Part shown: positions 57,507-64,000 of the stretch, piece by piece
Position numbering within the stretch: the first letter of the stretch is position 1
Layout: every line of letters begins with the position of its first letter
From: an uncultured Nitrospiraceae bacterium
Lineage (GTDB): Bacteria > Nitrospirota > Nitrospiria > Nitrospirales > Nitrospiraceae
Direction: 5' to 3'
NCBI GenBank assembly: GCA_963706325.1
Contig: CAVPLT010000001.1
Coordinates: forward strand, 640,001 to 704,000
Length of the DNA stretch: 64,000 nt
Notes under the pieces: model-generated
What the model was told of the DNA's origin: nothing
The model's database searches: none
What the model saw: only the letters and a program-made list of their open reading frames with translations
Program-made: the position numbers and the translations under genes

Positions 57507-59162
57507 TTATGCGGGGTGAAAGCGGGTGATCGTGACGGGGCTATAGGTAAGCAATGGGCCATCCGGACCCCGGCGGCTGAGAGTGTGACGAAGCCACGCG
57601 GCATCGTTGCGGATCGGGAAATCCGCTCGATAATGGGCGCCGCGACTTTCCTCCCGGCCGAGTGCGCTCACGGCGATGGTCAGCGCGATCTCCAGCAAGA
57701 ATTGTACTTCCAGCGCCTGAATGAGGTCGGTGTTGAAGACCTGTCCCTTGTCCTGGACGCACATCTGGTCTGCTCGGATCTTCAAGGATTGGAGCGCGGT
57801 TACAGTTTCGCGCATGGACTGCTGCGTGCGGAAGATGCCGAGGTTGAGGCTCATGGTCTTGCCGAGATCGTCGCGTATCTGCCAGGCTCGCTCGGGACCT
57901 GGGTTGGTCAGCAGGGTTTTCAGCCGCTGTTCCTGGTTGCGCAGGATCCCCTCGGGAATGGGCTGGTGGTCACAATGCCGGATCGATTCCGCGGCTCTCG
58001 TGCCGGTCCGACGTCCGAAGACGATGGTTTCGAGCAGAGAGTTGCCTCCCAAACGGTTGGCTCCATGCACGCTCAGGCAGGCGCATTCGCCGGCAGCAAA
58101 CAGCCCCGGACAGTCGGTTTCCCCCCAGGCATTGGCTTTCACGCCGCCCATTTGGTAGTGGGCGCCGGGTCGTATGGGAACGGGGGTTTCGATCGGATCG
58201 AGTCCAGCAAACTCCACCGACAATTCTCGGATCTGTGGGAGTCGTTCGAGGATGCGGCTGCGGCCGAGATGCCGAAGATCCAGCAAGACACAGCCATCGA
58301 CCCCTCGTCCTTCTTGAATTTCTTGACCGATGGCCAAGGAGACAGTGGAGCGGGTCGCCAGCTCCATTTGCTCCGGCGCGTACCGTTTCATGAAGCGCTC
58401 TCCAAGCGTGTTCAGGAGATAGGCGCCTTCGCCTCTGGCGCCTTCCGTAATCAAGATCCCGGTATCCTTCAATGTGGTTGGGTGAAACTGCACGAACTCC
58501 ATGTCTTCCAGAGGCAGCCCTGCCTGATAGGCCAAGGCCATGCCATCGCCGGTATTGATAACGGCGTTCGTGCTGGTAGAGAAGACTCGGCCGCTGCCGC
58601 CGGTGGCGAGGATCACTGCCTTGGCGCGCATCGCGTGCAATCCTCCGCGGACGAGATCCCAGGCAACCACCCCGCAACATCGTCCCTCTTCCACGAGTAA
58701 TGCCGTGACGTACCATTCTTCATAGACCCGGCACCGGCGCTTCAATAGCTGTTCATACATGGCATGGAGCAGGGCATGGCCGGTCCGGTCTGCGGCATAA
58801 CAGGTTCTTGGAAATCCGGCGCCTCCGAACGGCCGCTGCGCGATTCGTCCCTCGGCGGTACGGCTGAAGATGACGCCCATGCGCTCCAGCTCTAAGATAT
58901 CCTGCGGAGCTTCCCGGCACATGGCTTCGATCGCATCCTGATCGCCGAGGAAAAGACCACCCTTCGTCGTGTCGTAGGCATGGGATTCCCAAGAGTCTTG
59001 TTCCCCGATCGCCGCATTGATGCCACCTTGGGCGGCCACGGAATGACTGCGGACTGGGTGGACTTTTGAGAGAAGGGCGACATCGATATCATGAGGAATG
59101 GCAATGGCCGCCCGCATGCCTGCGAGTCCTGCTCCAACGATTAAGATGTCATGCGTGATCAT
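57507..59162 (-). CDS. sdhA: Succinate dehydrogenase/fumarate reductase flavoprotein subunit
   Basis: GAGLAGMRAA, RSHSVAAQGG (covalent-FAD His), QFHPT, HYQMGG, HGANRLGGNSL, ESRGAH. Confidence 0.9.
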   Translation of the reverse strand: MITHDILIVGAGLAGMRAAIAIPHDIDVALLSKVHPVRSHSVAAQGGINAAIGEQDSWESHAYDTTKGGLFLGDQDAIEAMCREAPQDILELERMGVIFSRTAEGRIAQRPFGGAGFPRTCYAADRTGHALLHAMYEQLLKRRCRVYEEWYVTALLVEEGRCCGVVAWDLVRGGLHAMRAKAVILATGGSGRVFSTSTNAVINTGDGMALAYQAGLPLEDMEFVQFHPTTLKDTGILITEGARGEGAYLLNTLGERFMKRYAPEQMELATRSTVSLAIGQEIQEGRGVDGCVLLDLRHLGRSRILERLPQIRELSVEFAGLDPIETPVPIRPGAHYQMGGVKANAWGETDCPGLFAAGECACLSVHGANRLGGNSLLETIVFGRRTGTRAAESIRHCDHQPIPEGILRNQEQRLKTLLTNPGPERAWQIRDDLGKTMSLNLGIFRTQQSMRETVTALQSLKIRADQMCVQDKGQVFNTDLIQALEVQFLLEIALTIAVSALGREESRGAHYRADFPIRNDAAWLRHTLSRRGPDGPLLTYSPVTITRFHPA

Positions 59163-59365
59163 GTGTGACGGGTATGGTATCAGCGGTAAAGCAGTAGGAT
59201 AGCCGAATTGACAAGCTTGTATGCTCACTATTACCGAATGAAAATCAGGAAAACAAGGGAGAGAGATTCAGATCGGGCGCTTGGAAAACTCCGGCCTGCA
59301 TGATAGGTTACCTGACGCCGCTTCGAATGAACGAGTGCGCCAACTTGTAGTAGGATTTCACCTTC

Positions 59366-62251
59366 ATGTCACAGCCTAATTTCCTTGAGCCAAACGATAC
59401 ATTCGTCCCTCGTCACATAGGTCCGACTGCGGCCGACATTCAGGAGATGTTGGCTGCGTTGAGTCTGCCGTCGTTGGAGGCGCTGGTCGAGGCGACTGTC
59501 CCCTCGGACATCCGGCTCCAGGGATCCCTCACTGTCCCCTCTCCCCGTGGCGAGCAGGATGTGCTGGCGGAACTCCGCGGCCTGGCCGAGCAGAATCACG
59601 TCTGGCGTTCTCTCATCGGGATGGGCTACTACGATTGCATCACTCCGCTGGTGATTCAGCGCAATATTCTTGAAAATCCCGGCTGGTACACCCAGTACAC
59701 TCCGTATCAGGCCGAGATCGCTCAAGGGCGCCTCGAAGCGCTGGTCAATTTTCAGACCATGGTGGCCGATCTGACCGGACTGCCGCTCGCCAATGCGTCG
59801 CTACTTGACGAAGCCACCGCCGCGGCGGAGGCCATGACAATGTGTGCGGCGATGTCCCGAGCGGCGGGGCTAGAGCGTAAGAAATTTTTCGTCTCCGAAA
59901 GCTGTCATCCGCAAACGATTGCCGTGATACAGACACGTGCGGAACCGCTGGGGATCGTGGTGCACGTCGGTTCAATCACGTCGTTCGACCTTTCCAAGGG
60001 CGAGTTTTTCGGCACATTGCTCCAGTATCCGGCTACCGACGGGCATGTCGGCGATTACAGCGAGTTCGTCGATCGGGTGCATGCTGCCGGGGCATATGTA
60101 GTGGTCGCGACCGATTTGCTGGCGTTGACCCTACTGCGTCCTCCCGGAGAATTCGGGGCTGATGTGGCGGTCGGGTCAAGTCAGCGGTTCGGAGTGCCCC
60201 TGGGGTTTGGTGGCCCGCACGCCGCCTTTCTTGCCACGAAAGAAGAGTTCCGTCGCCAGATGCCCGGACGGATCATCGGCGTATCGAAGGATGTCACGGG
60301 CCGTCTGGCCTATCGCCTTGCGCTCCAGACCCGGGAACAACATATCCGGCGCGAAAAAGCCACAAGCAATATCTGCACCGCGCAAGTATTACTCGCAGTA
60401 ATGGCTGGTATGTATGCTGTCTATCATGGTCCACAGGGGCTGCGGCGGATTGCAGAACGCGTTCATGGTCTCACTTTGGTACTGGCCGAGGGTCTTCGCC
60501 GTCACGGTTGTGAGGTCGGTCTGGAGCCGGTGTTCGATACGCTGCGGGTTCCACTGTCGCAGACACAAGCGGACACGATTCTCAACCGGGCTCGCCAGCA
60601 GAAGATCAATCTCAGACGCTACGACGATCATAGTCTTGGACTGACGTTGGATGAGTTGAGCACCCTGGACGAAGTGCAGCAGCTATTGGCCCTGTTTGGG
60701 GGCCACCATATTTCTGCAGAGGAGCTGCAAACGCTCGTTCAATTGGTGGATGGCCGCTATCCCGCGGCACTGGCTCGTACAAGCCCCTATCTCACCCATC
60801 CGGTCTTTCATCGGTATCACGCCGAACATGAGATGTTGCGCTATATTCATCGTCTGCAGTCCCGCGACCTGTCGCTCGTGCATTCCATGATTCCCCTGGG
60901 ATCATGCACCATGAAGTTGAACGCCACGGCTGAAATGCTGCCGGTTACGTGGCCCGAGTTTGGACGACTCCACCCGTTCGCCCCCGCAGAACAGACGCAG
61001 GGCTATCTGGCGCTATTCCAACAACTTGAATCCTGGCTGGCCGACATAACCGGGTTTGCGGCCATTTCGCTGCAGCCCAATGCCGGATCGCAAGGCGAGT
61101 ATGCCGGCCTGATGGTGATTCGGGCCTATCACCGCCATCGGGGCGAGACAGAACGCGATGTCTGTCTCATTCCGGTGTCGGCACACGGGACGAATCCAGC
61201 GAGTGCGTCGATGTGTGGAATGACGGTGGTTGCTGTTGCCTGCGACCAGCGAGGGAACGTAGATTTGGCCGATCTTGAGGCCAAGGCGACGCAGTACCGC
61301 ACCCGCCTAGCAGCCTTGATGATCACCTATCCCTCGACACACGGTGTCTTTGAAGAGGGCATTCGCCGGATGTGCCAGCTCGTGCATACGCATGGAGGCC
61401 AAGTCTACATGGACGGCGCGAACATGAATGCTCAAGTCGGGCTCTGCCGACCAGCTGATCTCGGGGCGGACGTCTGCCATTTGAATCTCCACAAGACCTT
61501 TTGCATTCCTCACGGCGGTGGCGGACCTGGAATGGGCCCGATCGGAGTCGCGCGACATCTCGTCCCATTTTTGCCGGGACACCCGGTCACAAAACTGGGG
61601 GGACCGCACTCGATTGGACCGGTGTCGGCCGCTGCCTATGGCAGTCCCAGCATCCTGACGATTTCGTGGGTCTACATTGCGCTGATGGGGCGAGAAGGTC
61701 TGACCAAGGCCACCCAAGTGGCAATCTTAAACGCCAACTACATGGCCAAACGGCTGGAGAAGTATTATCCGGTGTTATACAGCGGGACGCGCGGGTTCGT
61801 CGCGCACGAGTTTATTCTGGACTTACGCCCGCTCAAAGAGAAGAGCGGTGTGGAGGCGATGGATGTGGCCAAACGTTTGATGGACTATGGATTTCATGCC
61901 CCCACCGTCTCCTTTCCTGTCGCGGGGACCTTAATGATCGAGCCGACGGAGAGTGAAGTAAAGACCGAGTTGGACCGATTCTGTGATGCCTTGATTGCAA
62001 TTCGGGCAGAGATTCAGGATGTTGAGGATGGACGGCAGCCGCGTGTGGGCAATGTGCTGAAGAACGCCCCCCATACGGCGCCGGCGGTGACGGCGTCTGA
62101 GTGGTCGCAACCCTACTCGCGCGAGCAGGCTGCATTTCCCGCTCCGTGGGTGCGAGACCATAAATTTTGGCCGAGCGTGGGTCGTATTGATGAAGCTTAT
62201 GGTGATCGCAACCTCTTTTGCACCTGTCCACCGATGGATGCTGCTCCCTAG
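59366..62251 (+). CDS. gcvP: Glycine dehydrogenase (decarboxylating), single-chain P protein
   Basis: [33 protein letters not shown] lysine, [10 protein letters not shown]. Confidence 0.97.
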   Translation: MSQPNFLEPNDTFVPRHIGPTAADIQEMLAALSLPSLEALVEATVPSDIRLQGSLTVPSPRGEQDVLAELRGLAEQNHVWRSLIGMGYYDCITPLVIQRNILENPGWYTQYTPYQAEIAQGRLEALVNFQTMVADLTGLPLANASLLDEATAAAEAMTMCAAMSRAAGLERKKFFVSESCHPQTIAVIQTRAEPLGIVVHVGSITSFDLSKGEFFGTLLQYPATDGHVGDYSEFVDRVHAAGAYVVVATDLLALTLLRPPGEFGADVAVGSSQRFGVPLGFGGPHAAFLATKEEFRRQMPGRIIGVSKDVTGRLAYRLALQTREQHIRREKATSNICTAQVLLAVMAGMYAVYHGPQGLRRIAERVHGLTLVLAEGLRRHGCEVGLEPVFDTLRVPLSQTQADTILNRARQQKINLRRYDDHSLGLTLDELSTLDEVQQLLALFGGHHISAEELQTLVQLVDGRYPAALARTSPYLTHPVFHRYHAEHEMLRYIHRLQSRDLSLVHSMIPLGSCTMKLNATAEMLPVTWPEFGRLHPFAPAEQTQGYLALFQQLESWLADITGFAAISLQPNAGSQGEYAGLMVIRAYHRHRGETERDVCLIPVSAHGTNPASASMCGMTVVAVACDQRGNVDLADLEAKATQYRTRLAALMITYPSTHGVFEEGIRRMCQLVHTHGGQVYMDGANMNAQVGLCRPADLGADVCHLNLHKTFCIPHGGGGPGMGPIGVARHLVPFLPGHPVTKLGGPHSIGPVSAAAYGSPSILTISWVYIALMGREGLTKATQVAILNANYMAKRLEKYYPVLYSGTRGFVAHEFILDLRPLKEKSGVEAMDVAKRLMDYGFHAPTVSFPVAGTLMIEPTESEVKTELDRFCDALIAIRAEIQDVEDGRQPRVGNVLKNAPHTAPAVTASEWSQPYSREQAAFPAPWVRDHKFWPSVGRIDEAYGDRNLFCTCPPMDAAP

Positions 62252-62276
62252 TTTGTACGTCCCCTGTCGTGCATTC

Positions 62277-62897
62277 ATGGCAACCTCCGCTTTTCGCTTG
62301 CCTTCGCTGTGCGCGGTCCTTTCCGTCGCGGCAGTCTGTCTCCTGCTGGTATCCACGCGTTCCGTATCCGTGTATGCCGGGGAGGAACCAGCCGCGTCCG
62401 CTGACATTCGCCAGGAAGACCGACCACGCGACGTGGACGCGGGCGTCACCTATCGCGCCGGCACCAGATTGAAAATCCCCGGGACCGATTGGTCCTTCGT
62501 CGTTCCAGAGCGATGGCAGAGCAATCGCCCAGAAGATTCAGAGCTGCCTTTCCTCATAGCCGAAGAGGGAAGGGGGCTGGGCATGATGTTTCCCCTTATT
62601 GATGTGACTCGTGAGGCGGTACGCGATCACTTGAGTCAACCTCTGTCGCTGCTCCATGGTTTGTCGTTTATTCCCGCCGGCATTGAGGTGGAAACCGAGA
62701 CATCGATTACCCGTTCTTATCAAAGCGAAGGCGTGGTCGGTCAAGCGCTGGCGGCGCTTGGACCTGAAAACGCCTGTGTGATCTACTTTGTCATGGGGCC
62801 TCCGGAGGAAGCGGCGGGCTTCGAGGCAATGTTGGAACGACTGCGACAATCCACCCGTTTTGATGACCTGCTATCAGGGCGCGAGATTGGCCTGTGA
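62277..62897 (+). CDS. Hypothetical exported protein
   Basis: Signal-like N-terminus, about 206 aa. Confidence 0.6.
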   Translation: MATSAFRLPSLCAVLSVAAVCLLLVSTRSVSVYAGEEPAASADIRQEDRPRDVDAGVTYRAGTRLKIPGTDWSFVVPERWQSNRPEDSELPFLIAEEGRGLGMMFPLIDVTREAVRDHLSQPLSLLHGLSFIPAGIEVETETSITRSYQSEGVVGQALAALGPENACVIYFVMGPPEEAAGFEAMLERLRQSTRFDDLLSGREIGL

Positions 62898-63099
62898 AGC
62901 GGAGTTGTTGAGGAGCGGCGGACTGTGGTCACTGGTGTGGGGTGGGCGGACCAAATCAGGTTGGCGATCGCGGTTGCTCGAGTGAGCTTTGACCGGGAGC
63001 CGACGATGACGCATCAGGCTTTACAATGCGCAGCCTCGGGGCTCGGCGTGCGCGTACTCCGGGCGTCGGTATAATTTTCCAGGGCTCCACCCTTCAGGC

Positions 63100-64000
63100 A
63101 TGCAGAGAAAATCCACCACCAAAGTCATTATCGATACCGACCCTGGTGCTGGCGACGCCCTTGCAATCCTGCTGGCCTTGGCGTCGCCGGAATTGGAAGT
63201 GATCGGAGTGACCACCGTATGTGGCAATGTGCCGGTCGGTCAGGCCACGAAAAATTTGTTCAGGATCCTCAATCTCGCGAAGACTCCGCCTGGGCTGTTG
63301 GTAGGACAGGGGGCGGCGAGGCCGTTGGAAGAGGATCTTATCACGGCGCTTCCAGTTCACGGAACCGATGGACTTGGCGACCTGGACGGTTTTCTGACAA
63401 CAGCGGGAACGCCGCGTTATCCTCTGGCGCGCTTGCCGTCGGTGTTGCCCACGGCGCAGGAGGTGTGGAACGACTGCGTACGTCGGTACCCCGATGAAGT
63501 CACGTTGATTACGCTCGGCCCACTGACAAATGTTGCATTGGGATTGAAAATAAACCCCCTCACGGTCCGGAAATTTCACTCAGTGATTGTAATGGGGGGC
63601 GCCATTGCCGTCCCGGGCGATATTGCACCTGTCGCTGAGTTCAATATCTACGTAGATCCTCATGCCGCCAATCGGGTGTTTGGGGCGTCGCTTCCATTGA
63701 CCCTTGTCCCGCTTGATGTGACGACCAGGGTTGGGGTAACACGAGACATGTTGGCGACATGGGTGGCTGAATCCCACGATCCCATGGGTCGGGTTGTCGC
63801 GGATCTGACCAACAAGGCGTTGAGTTGTGCCGAAGCGCTTGAGGGCAATGGACTCGTTTATTTTCACGATCCCTTGGCTGTCTTAGCGGCCATCGATCCC
63901 TCATTGATGACAACGGCGTCATATCATGTGTCGGTCGAAATGGCAGGGCAGGTGTCTCGTGGGATCACCATTGCCGACCGGCGAATGCGCAAGCCGGAGC
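63100..64000 (+). CDS. Nucleoside hydrolase (IUNH family), 3' truncated by window edge
   Basis: Open to the window end: VIIDTDPG, TTVCGN, VHGTDGLG, LGPLTNVA, MGGA, AEFNIYVDPHAA, FHDPLAV. Confidence 0.9.
   Translation, partial: MQRKSTTKVIIDTDPGAGDALAILLALASPELEVIGVTTVCGNVPVGQATKNLFRILNLAKTPPGLLVGQGAARPLEEDLITALPVHGTDGLGDLDGFLTTAGTPRYPLARLPSVLPTAQEVWNDCVRRYPDEVTLITLGPLTNVALGLKINPLTVRKFHSVIVMGGAIAVPGDIAPVAEFNIYVDPHAANRVFGASLPLTLVPLDVTTRVGVTRDMLATWVAESHDPMGRVVADLTNKALSCAEALEGNGLVYFHDPLAVLAAIDPSLMTTASYHVSVEMAGQVSRGITIADRRMRKPE

Noticed and set aside
57441..58700. Long antisense ORFs (419 aa here, and similar ones opposite argB, mltF and the OmpA genes)
   Set aside because: Shadow frames of well-supported GC-rich genes, with no motifs
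59229..59365. Glycine riboswitch upstream of gcvP
   Set aside because: A GGAGAG is present but the CCGAAG and CTCTCAGG core elements are not seen

Overview
This is a bacterial chromosome segment of moderate-to-high GC. Gene content and style suggest a Nitrospira-like organism, which is inference only. Most of the window is core or housekeeping: tig-clpP-clpX, tRNA-Leu, an envelope cluster (asmA-mscS-DUF481-mscL plus two OmpA/MotB lipoproteins), tRNA-Ser-ffs-dnaX-ybaB-recR-dksA, trmFO-xerC-hslVU-argB, rimO, a two-component system with an HtrA protease, sdhA/frdA, gcvP and a nucleoside hydrolase. The main accessory feature is a ~12.5 kb integrative element (28737-41303) in the 3' end of tRNA-Val(CAC). 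It is bounded by a perfect 49-bp att repeat and matching arm-type sites. Its mobility module is minimal: a hairpin nick origin, a Rep_trans (rolling-circle/MOBT-type) initiator, an HTH excisionase and a tyrosine integrase, with no phage or conjugation genes. Its cargo is a membrane sensor kinase/NarL regulator with DsrE and TlpA genes, an MltF-type lytic transglycosylase fused behind an apparent stub of a KAP/QatA-type NTPase, and a cluster of small unknown genes that reuse two unrecognised micro-domains in different combinations.
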